Shown: positions 44,601 to 54,428 of the stretch, one piece after another
Layout of the letters: each line of letters starts with the position of its first letter
Position numbering within the stretch: position 1 is the first letter of the stretch
Made by a program: the position numbers and the translations under genes
The notes under the pieces: model-generated
Told to the model about the DNA's origin: nothing
Databases searched by the model: none
Seen by the model: only the letters and a program-made list of their open reading frames with translations
Assembly: GCA_040905715.1 (NCBI GenBank)
Contig: JBBDRA010000003.1
Coordinates: 459,142 to 523,141 of the forward strand
Origin: Minisyncoccota bacterium
GTDB taxonomy: Bacteria; Patescibacteriota; Minisyncoccia; Phycocordibacterales; CSBR16-193
Direction: 5' to 3'
DNA: 64,000 bases

Positions 44601-45336
44601 TTGAGCCTGCTTTCTCTAGGCGTGTCTCGAGAGCCTTTTCAAGCTCATCAAGATCCATCCCCTTGAGCATGTTGTATATTGCCTCGGCACCGATCTCAGC
44701 CTCAAAAAGCGTACCGTACTTCACTGAGTAGTTGTGGTACGCCACCTCATCAAGAACGGTGTTTTCCTTGATCAGCTCAAGCTCCTGCTTTGCCTTTACA
44801 AAGCGCTCTTTGATATCTTCTTTTGCGTCCTTGTCATCTGCACCTTTTACTTTTGATTTATATTCAGTATCAAGCTGCTTCAAAAGACGCAGTCGTTCTT
44901 CCTCCTCAACCTTTGTTACCAAGTAACCGGCAAAGTAAATAACCTTCTCAAGGTCGGAAGTGGTGAGACCGGTGATGAGACTGATTCGAGACGGCATACT
45001 TCGAAGAAACCAGATGTGAGAAACCGGAGTCGCAAGCTCGATGTGACCCATGCGTTCTCGACGCACGATAGACCGAGTGATCTCGACACCACATTTTTCG
45101 CAAATAATGCCCTTATAACGAACACCGCGATACTTACCGCAGTAACATTCATAGTCGCGGTCAGGGCCGAAGATCTTCTCGTCGAAAAGACCGTTCTTCT
45201 CACTACGCTGAGTACGGTAGTTGATCGTTTCCGGTTTGGTGATCTCACCCCACGACCAGGAAAGGATAGCTTCCGGCGATGCCATGCGAAGCGAAACAGA
45301 ATCGAAATCGTTGATGAATTTGTGTGATTGTGACAT
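41641..45336 (-). CDS. rpoC: RNA polymerase beta' subunit
   Basis: NADFDGDQMA and GKRVDYSGRS motifs. Confidence 0.98.
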   Translation of the reverse strand: MSQSHKFINDFDSVSLRMASPEAILSWSWGEITKPETINYRTQRSEKNGLFDEKIFGPDRDYECYCGKYRGVRYKGIICEKCGVEITRSIVRRERMGHIELATPVSHIWFLRSMPSRISLITGLTTSDLEKVIYFAGYLVTKVEEEERLRLLKQLDTEYKSKVKGADDKDAKEDIKERFVKAKQELELIKENTVLDEVAYHNYSVKYGTLFEAEIGAEAIYNMLKGMDLDELEKALETRLEKAGSIEKGKINRRLSAVRAMRSSGIRPEWMFLTRIPVIPPALRPMVPLDGGRYATSDVNDLYRRVINRNNRLKRLKDIMAPDVILRNEKRILQEAADSLIDNSIRHGNTMPSAVNQAQNRPLKSLADSLKGKRGLFRQNLLGKRVDYSGRSVIVVGPHLEIDECGLPKHMALELFKPFVISKLLSRELAYNIRSASKLIEDGADEVWAILEEVIANKHVLLNRAPTLHRLGIQAFRPTLIEGNAIQIHPLICTAFNADFDGDQMAVHVPLSTEAQAEARHFMAANKNILKPGSGDPVVSAKMLDIVLGTYWMTKIVEGDKGEGKYFPSPSHAVTAYDFGQVGFRAKIHVLPNEAEKFADFEHKPFETTVGRLKFNNVLPDDFPYINEDVERKTMGRLIDALIERYGLDGLPPILDEIKTFGFSYATHSGITWGLDDIKIPEEKHAVIARAKVEEGEIHEQYEDGLLSEDERKRKSLEIWHAAKSEVEELLPATLSKTGPVYDMIYSGARGSFSQITQMAGMKGLIQSTSGSTIEFPILASMKEGLSPIEYFITTHGSRKGLSDTALKTAQAGYLTRRLFDVAQDIIVSEDDCNTKNGLWIQKKTASGIEIPIAENVRGRYLAKDVTDAEGTVLFKRNHYLSKQDSELIEEKGIESVYVRSPMSCKTRYGVCRTCYGADLGTNKPIDIGEAVGTIAAQAIGEPGTQLTMRTFHSGGAASVGGDITSGLPRVEEVFEKRKPKHSAVVSRVSGVVSSVDTKDDNDKSITIIQDLEEKGSGKAKKEVTYSVYFNRTITVSEGQEVKKGDILTDGSVDIDELFKYAGTERAQEYIIHEIVKPYELQGESVSHKHIETIARQMFSRRRITKTGDTTLTQGDVVELSQFEEENARVAEEGGEEAKGEDVIMGITEVSLSRRSFLSSASFQHTTRVLIDAAVRGSKDPLIGLKENVIIGNLIPAGTGFVGSPKYEVIEEVKRNMKDEIQSGGAVEASK

Positions 45337-45361
45337 AGGATTCAGGTTTAGTCGCTAATAG

Positions 45362-48300
45362 CTATTCATCGCCGCGGTGAAGCTGTACATCCAGAGACAG
45401 ACCGCGTAGATAACTGAGTAATACATTGAATGAAGCGGGTGTATTGATCTGGGTGATCGGTTCGCCCTTTACGATCGAGTCAAACGCCGCTGATCGTCCG
45501 AGAATATCGTCGGACTTGATCGTCAATACTTCGCGCAGGTTATATGCCGCACCGTACCCGAGAAGCGCCCAGACCTCCATTTCTCCAAATCGCTGTCCAC
45601 CTCCTTGCGCCTTTCCTCCCAATGGTTGCTGAGTAATAAGTGAGTACGGTCCGATCGAACGCTGGTGGATCTTGTCGTCTACCATGTGGTGAAGCTTTAA
45701 GATATACATATATCCAACCGCAACATCTTGCTCATACGGAATACCGGTATGTCCATCGAATACACGCACCTTGCCGTTCTCCGGGTATCCGGCCTCCTTG
45801 AGTTCACTGCGAATCTCTTCACCGGTCGCACTGGCAAACGGCGGCACGACTGCCTGATATCCAAGTGTATGTGCTGCCAACCCAAGATGGAGCTCAAGGA
45901 TCTGACCGAGGTTCATTCGAGACGGAACACCAAGCGGGGTCAGGATAACATCAAGCGGCTCGCCATCTTCGGTGAACGGCATGTCCTCCTCTGGCAAGAT
46001 CTTGGAGATAACACCCTTGTTACCGTGTCGTCCAGCCAGCTTGTCACCGACTGAAATATTACGTAATTCAGCCACTTCAATGTGAACGCGCTTTATGATG
46101 CCGCTCTCGAGTTTGTCCCCTTGCTCACGAGAAAAGACCTTCACGTTTATCACGCGACCGCGCTTCCCTGCCTCTAGTCGCTTAGAGGTGTCCTTTACAT
46201 CACGAGCCTTCTCTCCGAAGAGTGATCGCAAGAGTCTCTCTTCCGGTGTAAGCTGTGTTTCACCTTTTGGTGTGATTTTACCAACAAGAATATCGCCCGG
46301 TTCTACTTCTGCACCAACACGGACAATACCGTCTTCAGCGAGGTTCTTAAGTTTTCCTTCTCCTACGTTCGGGATATCACAGGTTGTCACTTCCGGACCA
46401 AGCTTGGTATCACGTACATTGACCACGAACTCTTCGATATGAATACTGGTAAGCTTTTTGTTCTTTACCAATCGCTCGGAAATAATAATAGCGTCTTCAT
46501 AGTTAGCACCGTGCCACGAGAGGAAGCCGACCCGAAGGTTCTGACCAAGCGCCATCTCACCACGATCGCTCGAAGAAATATCAGCAAGCACGTCTCCCTT
46601 CTTTACTTTGTCACCAGCCCAGACACTCGGGCGCTGGTGAAATGCGGTGTAGTCATTGGTTCGGTTATAAACAATAAGCTCGTATTCTTTCTTCTTTCCT
46701 TTGTTTGTCTTAACAATGATCTTTGTTGAATCTGCGTAGGTCACTTCACCCGGTTCATCAGCAATAACAAGACGATTTGTATCAGCAACTGCCTGTCGCT
46801 CCATACCGGTCGCAACTACCGGAGCGTCCGGGATCAAACACGGTGTAGCCTGCTTCTGCATGTTAGAACCCATGAGTGCGCGGTTTGCGTCATCATGCTG
46901 CAAGAATGGGATCATTGATGTTGCCACTGAGAATGCCTGATTTGGCGCAATATCAATAAAGTCAATATTCTTATTCGACACCATTACCGGATCTCCGTTA
47001 TGTCGTGCTTCAACTGACTTATCAGTTATAACACCGTTTTCGTCATAGTTCGTACCAGCGTGAGCGATGGTGAAGTTCTCTTCTTCCATCGCATTCATGT
47101 ATCTGATCTCTCCGGTCATCTTTCCTTTCTCTACCTTTGCGTACGGCGTTTCTATCATACCGAACTCATTTACCTGAGCAAAAACACTCAAACGAAGAAT
47201 AAGCCCGATGTTCCCACCTTCCGGTGTATGGATCGGACAGACACGACCGTAGTGACTTGAGTGAACGTCTCGAACCTCAAAACCAGCGCGAGCTCGGTTC
47301 AAACCTCCCGGTCCGAGCGCAGAGAGTGTGCGCAGGTGTTCAACCTCAGCAAGCGGGTTCTCCTGTTGCATGTACTGAGAAAGCTGGTTAGTAGTGAAGA
47401 ACTCCTTAATACGTGCCTGGAGAGGCTTCGCGCTGATGAACTGAACCGGTGTAGAGACATCACTCTCGATCGTCGACATTCGGTTTTGAATGTTGCGCTT
47501 GATCTGCGACATACCGACTCGCAATTTCTGCTGAAAAAGTTCACCAATGTAACGTACACGACGGCTTCCAAGGTGGTCGATGTCATCCTCCATTGAACCC
47601 GGTGTCGTATTCAACTCAACGACATGATTGAGCACGAGCGCAAAGTCCTCAAGAGAAAGCGTTCGACGTTCAAGTTCTTTTTTATCAAGCTCAATCCCAA
47701 AACGCTTATTAAACGTGGAGCGACCTACACGAGAAAGGTCGTATCGCTCTTCACTAAAGAGCGTAGTAATGAATTCTTTCGCGTTCTCAGCGGTTGCCAG
47801 GTCTCCATCGCGAAGTCTCTTGTAGATCTCAATAGCAGCCTCATCAACTGTTTCAGCCGCATCTTTTGCTAATGTTTGCTTAATATACTCTTTTGCAACA
47901 TCTGATTTAAAGAGCTTCTCCATGTCTTTGTTCGTCTCGGCACCAAGAACTCGGAGGAGTGTGGTGACCGGGAACTTTCGCTTGCGATCAATACGAACAT
48001 GAAGCGCATTATCAGCATCCGTTTCGAATTCTATCCATGCCCCGCGTGTAGGAATAATCTTTGCACCAAAATAGGTCTTTCCTTTCAAGACCTGTGACGT
48101 AAAGAATGCGCCGTAGGAACGGGCAAGCTGGGGAACAATAACTCGTTCAATACCACCAATGACAAAAGTCCCGCGTGAGGTCATCAACGGGAAATCAGCA
48201 AGAAATATCTCCTGCTCTTCTTCACTACCGGTTGTCTTGTTGATCAGCTTTACTTTAACTTTAAGCGGAGCGTCGTACGTAAGCTTCTGATCTTTTGCGT

Positions 48301-48574
48301 GCAACTCACTGTGCTGAGGCTCACCGATCTCAAAACCATAAAATTCAAGGTCGAACTTTTTCTCGGAAAAGTCTCGTACCGGACTGAATTCCTGGAAGAT
48401 CTCTTTTAGTCCTTCTTCAATAAGCCACTCAAAAGAATGACGTTGTGCCTCGATCAAATTTGGAATCGGAACGAGTGGGTCTTTATATGCTTTAAAGTAC
48501 TTCTTGGTGATCCCGGAGACCTCCTTGGTGTGTACTTCATTCTTCACGTCTTTAATCTGAGTTGTTTGTGCCAT
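45362..48574 (-). CDS. rpoB: RNA polymerase beta subunit
   Basis: GDKLAGRHGNKG and GGQRFGEME motifs. Confidence 0.98.
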   Translation of the reverse strand: MAQTTQIKDVKNEVHTKEVSGITKKYFKAYKDPLVPIPNLIEAQRHSFEWLIEEGLKEIFQEFSPVRDFSEKKFDLEFYGFEIGEPQHSELHAKDQKLTYDAPLKVKVKLINKTTGSEEEQEIFLADFPLMTSRGTFVIGGIERVIVPQLARSYGAFFTSQVLKGKTYFGAKIIPTRGAWIEFETDADNALHVRIDRKRKFPVTTLLRVLGAETNKDMEKLFKSDVAKEYIKQTLAKDAAETVDEAAIEIYKRLRDGDLATAENAKEFITTLFSEERYDLSRVGRSTFNKRFGIELDKKELERRTLSLEDFALVLNHVVELNTTPGSMEDDIDHLGSRRVRYIGELFQQKLRVGMSQIKRNIQNRMSTIESDVSTPVQFISAKPLQARIKEFFTTNQLSQYMQQENPLAEVEHLRTLSALGPGGLNRARAGFEVRDVHSSHYGRVCPIHTPEGGNIGLILRLSVFAQVNEFGMIETPYAKVEKGKMTGEIRYMNAMEEENFTIAHAGTNYDENGVITDKSVEARHNGDPVMVSNKNIDFIDIAPNQAFSVATSMIPFLQHDDANRALMGSNMQKQATPCLIPDAPVVATGMERQAVADTNRLVIADEPGEVTYADSTKIIVKTNKGKKKEYELIVYNRTNDYTAFHQRPSVWAGDKVKKGDVLADISSSDRGEMALGQNLRVGFLSWHGANYEDAIIISERLVKNKKLTSIHIEEFVVNVRDTKLGPEVTTCDIPNVGEGKLKNLAEDGIVRVGAEVEPGDILVGKITPKGETQLTPEERLLRSLFGEKARDVKDTSKRLEAGKRGRVINVKVFSREQGDKLESGIIKRVHIEVAELRNISVGDKLAGRHGNKGVISKILPEEDMPFTEDGEPLDVILTPLGVPSRMNLGQILELHLGLAAHTLGYQAVVPPFASATGEEIRSELKEAGYPENGKVRVFDGHTGIPYEQDVAVGYMYILKLHHMVDDKIHQRSIGPYSLITQQPLGGKAQGGGQRFGEMEVWALLGYGAAYNLREVLTIKSDDILGRSAAFDSIVKGEPITQINTPASFNVLLSYLRGLSLDVQLHRGDE

Positions 48575-48926
48575 AAAGCTGCCTTGCTATATAATGAGGT
48601 TACTGCACTTACCCACATGTACGAACGCGTCGAGTAACGCCCGCAATGCTTCTAAGTGACAGGTGGTAATGACAACTACAAACGTTTAAAAAGTGTCTAT
48701 TCGTATGAACGAAAAAGTGACCTTTTCACCTTTTCGCCTGCGTCGAAACGCAAAATGCCCCTTTCCCGACAAAGGTCGCGCATGAATATCTCTATACTAT
48801 TATTTGACTATTAGGCCGTACAAAGTATTTCGTCAACGAGTAATATTACGTATGCTATCCCCTCGTGACAGATAGACGTGTAGTATACTCGTCACGCAAA
48901 TTCTGTCAACCGTGTCAAGTCAAACC

Positions 48927-48935
48927 TGTGGATAA
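48927..48935 (-). promoter_or_regulatory. consensus DnaA box
   Basis: TGTGGATAA, the reverse complement of TTATCCACA. Confidence 0.45.
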
Positions 48936-49248
48936 GAAGGGAGGACGGTTCCATCGAATAGGTATTTTCTAAGCCCAGACCCTACGCCCAACAACTTAGA
49001 AAATACCTATTCGCTAGGACCTAGGAAGGAAGATGCGAACGAAAGTCTCAGTCCTAACATAAAATAAAAATGGAACTGAGACTTTCGTTCTAAATCGCGG
49101 CAAAACTTCTTTAAAACATATACTTTACACCACGCTTAAGAAGTTGAGGTAAACTGCCCAACTACTTTCAGCAAATACGTCGCACCCCTAACTACAAAAA
49201 AGTAAATGTCGAAAACTGAGTTTTCGACATTTACAGCTCACAAACATT

Positions 49249-49887
49249 CTAGGACCGTTCCTCTCTCCACTGATCAATCTTTTTATGATCTCCCGAACGC
49301 AACACCTCCGGCACCTCATACACCTTCCCTTTCCACTTTAATTTTTCAGGTCGGGTGTACACCTCATGCGAAGCGATCCTCTCTTCCTCCCGACTCTTTT
49401 CATCACCGAGTACGCCTTCGATCTGTCTCGCTGTCGCATCCATTATCACCATCGCCGGCAACTCTCCGCCGGTCAGAACATACGGACCTATTGTCACCGC
49501 ATCTGCGTTAAGCGCCCTGCGCGCCCGGGCATCAATTCCTTCGTACCGACCGGCAACAAGGACAATATGTTTATATTTTTTACTCCAAGTCCGAGCATAT
49601 TCATTACTGAATTCATCTCCATCAGCTTCCATAAAAACTATCTTTACATTTTTCTTTCTGCCAACCGCGTCTTTTACCGCACGAAGAACCGGTTCGGCTT
49701 GGATCACCATTCCCGGACCACCACCGTACGGCTTTTGATCTACTCGAACGTGTTTGTCTTTTGTATAGTCACGCGGGTTATAAAATGACACCTTGATATT
49801 TCCGTCATGAACAGCCCGTCCAATGATGGACGAGCGAAGATATGATTCAAACGATTCGGGAAACAATGTAATTATGTGGAAATGCAT
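49249..49887 (-). CDS. trmD: tRNA (guanine-N1)-methyltransferase
   Basis: PYGGGPGMV, GRYEGID and IGPYVLTGGE motifs. Confidence 0.96.
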   Translation of the reverse strand: MHFHIITLFPESFESYLRSSIIGRAVHDGNIKVSFYNPRDYTKDKHVRVDQKPYGGGPGMVIQAEPVLRAVKDAVGRKKNVKIVFMEADGDEFSNEYARTWSKKYKHIVLVAGRYEGIDARARRALNADAVTIGPYVLTGGELPAMVIMDATARQIEGVLGDEKSREEERIASHEVYTRPEKLKWKGKVYEVPEVLRSGDHKKIDQWREERS

Positions 49888-49957
49888 AAACAGTATTCCG
49901 TATGCTGTAGTTAGTATTCAGTATAGTAGACGAAACGAAACAAAAATAAAAGCGAAG

Positions 49958-49996
49958 TAAAAGATAAAATCCGCCGAAGCGGATTTTATCTTTTAC
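49958..49996 (-). terminator. intrinsic terminator after khpA
   Basis: TAAAAGATAAAATCCGC-CGAA-GCGGATTTTATCTTTTA. Confidence 0.7.
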
Positions 49997-50023
49997 GCAG
50001 TGATTTATTTCTAACGTCTCAAA

Positions 50024-50437
50024 TTAGTTCCCATTCTTAAAATCATCCATCACTTCGTCAACACTTTGTTGAGAATCAGCTGCCTGTGGCTGCTCCGGGG
50101 TTTCGCCTGCTTCTTTTTGGACCGCTTGAGAAGCTCCGGCATCTGCTGTATTCGCACCGGTATCACGAATCCCGCCTTCCGGCTCATTGATCTTAAGATT
50201 TACTCGAGCGTTATTTTTCATACCCACAACTCGCAAAAGCGTTCGGACTGCTTTCGCTGTATTTCCTGACCGTCCGATGATCTTACCCATATCCTCACGC
50301 GAGACATCAAGAGTGATCAGAACACCCATTTCATCTACTGTTCGATTGATCCTAACCTTATCAGGATTATCGACCAATGATTTAACAACAAACTCAAGAA
50401 ATCGCGCATCTTCGTGCTCCTGTGTGGTATCTACCAT
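50024..50437 (-). CDS. khpA: KH-domain RNA-binding protein
   Basis: DMGKIIGRSG.TAKA.R motif; located between rpsP and trmD. Confidence 0.88.
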   Translation of the reverse strand: MVDTTQEHEDARFLEFVVKSLVDNPDKVRINRTVDEMGVLITLDVSREDMGKIIGRSGNTAKAVRTLLRVVGMKNNARVNLKINEPEGGIRDTGANTADAGASQAVQKEAGETPEQPQAADSQQSVDEVMDDFKNGN

Positions 50438-50616
50438 AAATACTGAAGTTAGCTATCAATCCATTCATCACCACCTTATCGCCTCCGCCACGATCTTCTG
50501 CTATCAATTAAGCCAGTAGCCGATTCGCACTTCACCACTGCCTATCACCATAATTTTACGGCAACAAAAAACCTCCGTCAAGAGAACGGAGGTCGCCTAT
50601 CAGCTCTATTTTTTAC

Positions 50617-51201
50617 TTACGCTTTCTTTTCTTCTGCCTGTTCAGTATCTGACTTTTCCTCTGTCCCGACGCTTTCAGGTCGGGACTCCGACTCGTCTTG
50701 CGACGTCGGAGCCGGAGCCTCCTCTTCCTTGGAAGCTTCTGCTTCTGCTGGAGCTTCTTCCTTCACCTCTTCAGTAGCTGGCTCCTCTTTCTTTTCCTCT
50801 TCAGCTGGCTCCTCTTTTACTTCTTCTTTTTCCTCTACCTTGGGTGCTTGTGCTTCAGGTTCACCAGCAGGCTCAGATTCAGATGAAGCCTCCTCTTTCT
50901 TTTCTCCTTCAGGCTCATCCTTCACCAGTGGAGTTTTCTTAGGAAGCACGTTCTTCTTTCCGCCCTTCACAAGACCAAGGTCGACGAACAAGTTATAGAC
51001 GGTGCCGGAGGCCTGTGCTCCATTTGAAAGCCAGTATGAAGCTCGCTCAGAATCAATAACGGGAGCGTCCTTACGTGGATCATACGAACCAAGTATCTCA
51101 ACCACACGACCGCTCTTCGGGCTCTGATGAGAATCCTGAACAACAACCCGGTGAGCCGGGATGCCTTTGCGTCCAATGCGTTGTAAGCGAATCGATAACA
51201 T
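50617..51201 (-). CDS. rpsP: 30S ribosomal protein S16 with long acidic C-terminal tail
   Basis: IRLQRIGRK...LGSYDP...YWLSNGAQ; start at ATG 51201. Confidence 0.93.
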   Translation of the reverse strand: MLSIRLQRIGRKGIPAHRVVVQDSHQSPKSGRVVEILGSYDPRKDAPVIDSERASYWLSNGAQASGTVYNLFVDLGLVKGGKKNVLPKKTPLVKDEPEGEKKEEASSESEPAGEPEAQAPKVEEKEEVKEEPAEEEKKEEPATEEVKEEAPAEAEASKEEEAPAPTSQDESESRPESVGTEEKSDTEQAEEKKA

Positions 51202-51287
51202 GCGGGCAATACTAACAAAAAGCCCGGAAAGCGTCAAACATATTGTAAGTGTCGCCATCCTAAAGTTATATGTGTTATAGTCTTTTC

Positions 51288-53318
51288 ATGAAAAAGCACC
51301 ACAATAATCAAAGAAATAGAGGTCGAAGTACTAAGAGATCCCAGGAGAAACCGCTTCCTCTTCCAGAGCAAACCACCTACGAAGGGCGCATCTCGGTTAA
51401 CTTCCGTGGTGTCGGTTATTTACGAACAGAGCTTCTTGACGAAGATATCGAGATTCCTCAGGAGAGCATGAACACCGCACTTCACGGTGACACTGTTCGA
51501 GTTGATCTTCTTCCAAAACGAAGCGATCGGAATCGTATCCAGGGCGAGGTAACCAAGGTCATGGAACGCGGCCGCACTGAATTCGTCGGCACACTTATCA
51601 AAAACAATGGCACGGTCACCTGCAAAGCTGATGATGCGCGCGTCTATCGAGACATTTACCTAGACAAGGACGAGGTGCGCGACATAGAACCCGGCACAAA
51701 AATATTTGTCCGCCTCAATGACTGGCACGACCCCAAGCAGAACCCTGAAGGAAAACTTCTCAAGGTACTTGGCAAACAAGGAGAGCATGATGTTGAGATG
51801 AACTCAATCGTTCTCGAACATGGCTTTCGTGTAGAATTTCCTAAAGCCGTTCAAGAAGAAGCAGAAGACATCCAACAAAAGGCGCACGAAAATATTCAAA
51901 ACGAGGCAAAAACACGACGTGATTTTCGGGGAGTTACCACGTTCACGATCGACCCCTGGGACGCAAAGGACTTTGACGACGCCCTCTCGTACAAGAAACT
52001 CGAGAATGACAACGTCGAGATCGGTATCCATATCGCCGATGTCTCCCACTACGTCACTCCGGATAGCGAGCTTGATAAAGAAGCCAAAAAGCGCGGATTC
52101 TCCGTATACCTGGTAGATCGCACTATCCCGATGCTACCTGAAGAACTTTCGAACGATGTCTGCAGCCTCAACGAAGGCAATGATAAGCTCACCTTCTCCG
52201 CCGTGTTCGAACTGGACGCAAGCGGTAATGTCCAGGATAGTTGGTTCGGGCGAACGATCATCAACTCCGACAAACGCTTTACGTACGAGGAGGCCCAAAA
52301 AATGATCGATGCCGGTGAAGGGCAATTCTTTGAAGAGCTCCACACCATGAATGAAATTGCCAAGAAAACGAGCGAGCGACGATCAAAGGAAGGCGCGGTG
52401 GACTTTGAGACCGACGAAGTAGAGATCGAGCTTGACGAGAACATGGACCCGGTCAAGATCTACAAGAAGGAGCGTATCGATACTCAGAAACTTATCGAGG
52501 AATACATGCTCCTCGCCAACCGCGAAGTTGCTCGCTACGTAGCCAAGAAACAGGAAAAAACCCAAGGCAGCTTCCTCTACCGAGTCCACGACCAACCGGA
52601 CCCGGAAAAGATCGACTCGCTCACTATATTCACCGACGCCCTCGGCTATGATCTTGAGCGGCTCGGCAACGGCAGTATCACCAGCCAGGCTCTTAATGAC
52701 CTTATGGCAAAGATCGAGGGCGAGCCATCTGAAAGCATTATCAAGGTTGCTGCTATTAAGTCGATGGCAAAAGCAGTCTACTCAACCAAGAACATCGGTC
52801 ACTTCGGTCTAGCCTTTGAGTACTACACTCATTTCACCTCACCGATCCGCCGCTACGCGGACCTTGCGGTGCACCGTATCCTCGGCAAATACGTAGCCGG
52901 CAAAAAGATCAGTCCGGAAGAATTTGCAGAGCTCAAAGGCGTTGCTGAACGCACCGCCCAGCAAGAACTGGATTCCATGCACGCTGAACGCGACTCGGTC
53001 AAATACAAGCAAGTTGAGTACATGGCCGATCATATCGGTGAGACCTTCGAGGGCGTGATCTCCGGCATCTCCCAAAATGGTATCTTCATTGCCGAGGAAT
53101 CAACCGGGGCGGAAGGTATGGTTCGCCTGCGAGACGTCGGCGATGACTACTTTGAGCTCGACGAATCGAACTTTGCTATCGTAGGCAGAAAGACCGGCCA
53201 GCGATTTCAACTTGGTGATGAAGTAGCTATTAAGGTGATGAGCGCCAACCTTGACCAAAAACAACTTGATTATAAGTTGGTTGCCGGCAATAAAGCACCT
53301 ACAGATACTAAAAAGTAA
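51288..53318 (+). CDS. rnr: ribonuclease R
   Basis: TIDP.DAKDFDDA and YTHFTSPIRRYAD motifs; S1 domain. Confidence 0.93.
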   Translation: MKKHHNNQRNRGRSTKRSQEKPLPLPEQTTYEGRISVNFRGVGYLRTELLDEDIEIPQESMNTALHGDTVRVDLLPKRSDRNRIQGEVTKVMERGRTEFVGTLIKNNGTVTCKADDARVYRDIYLDKDEVRDIEPGTKIFVRLNDWHDPKQNPEGKLLKVLGKQGEHDVEMNSIVLEHGFRVEFPKAVQEEAEDIQQKAHENIQNEAKTRRDFRGVTTFTIDPWDAKDFDDALSYKKLENDNVEIGIHIADVSHYVTPDSELDKEAKKRGFSVYLVDRTIPMLPEELSNDVCSLNEGNDKLTFSAVFELDASGNVQDSWFGRTIINSDKRFTYEEAQKMIDAGEGQFFEELHTMNEIAKKTSERRSKEGAVDFETDEVEIELDENMDPVKIYKKERIDTQKLIEEYMLLANREVARYVAKKQEKTQGSFLYRVHDQPDPEKIDSLTIFTDALGYDLERLGNGSITSQALNDLMAKIEGEPSESIIKVAAIKSMAKAVYSTKNIGHFGLAFEYYTHFTSPIRRYADLAVHRILGKYVAGKKISPEEFAELKGVAERTAQQELDSMHAERDSVKYKQVEYMADHIGETFEGVISGISQNGIFIAEESTGAEGMVRLRDVGDDYFELDESNFAIVGRKTGQRFQLGDEVAIKVMSANLDQKQLDYKLVAGNKAPTDTKK

Positions 53319-53385
53319 GCAATGTAAATGGCTCACATTGCTTGTGAGCCATTTAAAATTACTCCCGCCTTTATATTCTGCAATA

Positions 53386-54234
53386 CTATACAGTAAAGAC
53401 ATCAAGATCCTTGCCATATTTTACCACCCCTTTGTAGTTCTTCTTTATTTCTTTTACTAATCCTGTAGCAGAAACATGCCGATGGATCTGATGGACTAAA
53501 ACAAGCTTTTTAGGATTGGTCTGTGAAGCGATCTCAGCAAGTTCAGAGGAAGAAGTGTGAAAATTTCTCATGTATTTTTCCCAGTTTTTATCTTTACCGT
53601 ACTCCGTATCAGACGCAACTTCGTGGATCATTAAGTCCGCGTCTTTTCCTTCCCGGACAACATTCTTGTGAGGCTTCGTGTCCCCGGAGATAACGATCTT
53701 CTTTGAACCAACAGTGATCGTAAAACCGTATGCATGCTTCCAGCTCCCGTGCTTTACCCGAAACGCCTTTACTGCTATCTGTTCATCCTTGTAAATCACA
53801 CCATTTGAAAACTCAGTGACTGTTGTTTTATATCCGGTCGTATCCCCTTTCTCCAGACCGGTTGTTCGCACATGAACATCCTCCTCATACGCTTTTTGAA
53901 TATTACGAACCATTGCCTTTGTCCCCGGAGGACCGAAGATGTTAAACGGTACACTTCTTCCCATTACCCATGGTGTATAGATCGCGTCCGGTAGTCCAAG
54001 TGTATGGTCACTATGTAAATGAGTAAAAAATAGAGTACAAAGATCTCGCTGAGCTATAGCGTCGTTTTTAGTCGAATTGATATACTCCTGCAATCGACGA
54101 ACAACTCCCGGCCCGGCATCAATGACGTACAGAGATGAATTAACAATAATTGCGATAGACGGGCCGCTTCGTTCAGGATCAGGGAACGGATAGCCGGTTC
54201 CAAGAAGTACTACTTTAACAGTATTTTTTGCCAT
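53386..54234 (-). CDS. MBL-fold hydrolase (RNase Z/arylsulfatase-like)
   Basis: LLGTG, THLHSDH, SGDT, HE and LVH motifs. Confidence 0.85.
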   Translation of the reverse strand: MAKNTVKVVLLGTGYPFPDPERSGPSIAIIVNSSLYVIDAGPGVVRRLQEYINSTKNDAIAQRDLCTLFFTHLHSDHTLGLPDAIYTPWVMGRSVPFNIFGPPGTKAMVRNIQKAYEEDVHVRTTGLEKGDTTGYKTTVTEFSNGVIYKDEQIAVKAFRVKHGSWKHAYGFTITVGSKKIVISGDTKPHKNVVREGKDADLMIHEVASDTEYGKDKNWEKYMRNFHTSSSELAEIASQTNPKKLVLVHQIHRHVSATGLVKEIKKNYKGVVKYGKDLDVFTV

Positions 54235-54345
54235 ATATCACCGATACTATCAAAATGTTCTGTAAAAATCGATCAGGCACATTTCAAACACACTTAAAAA
54301 CGCAACCCCTGGGGTTGCGTGTTTTAACGTCGCCACCGCAAACCA

Positions 54346-54374
54346 TTGACATATGGCAAGTATGGTGTTACTAT
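54346..54374 (+). promoter_or_regulatory. sigma70-like promoter
   Basis: TTGACA-17 nt-TACTAT. Confidence 0.6.
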
Positions 54375-54428
54375 GTAATCTGCGTTAGAAGTTCGTTTCA
54401 ATCACCCAAAGATCCAGGAGAGACGTCC

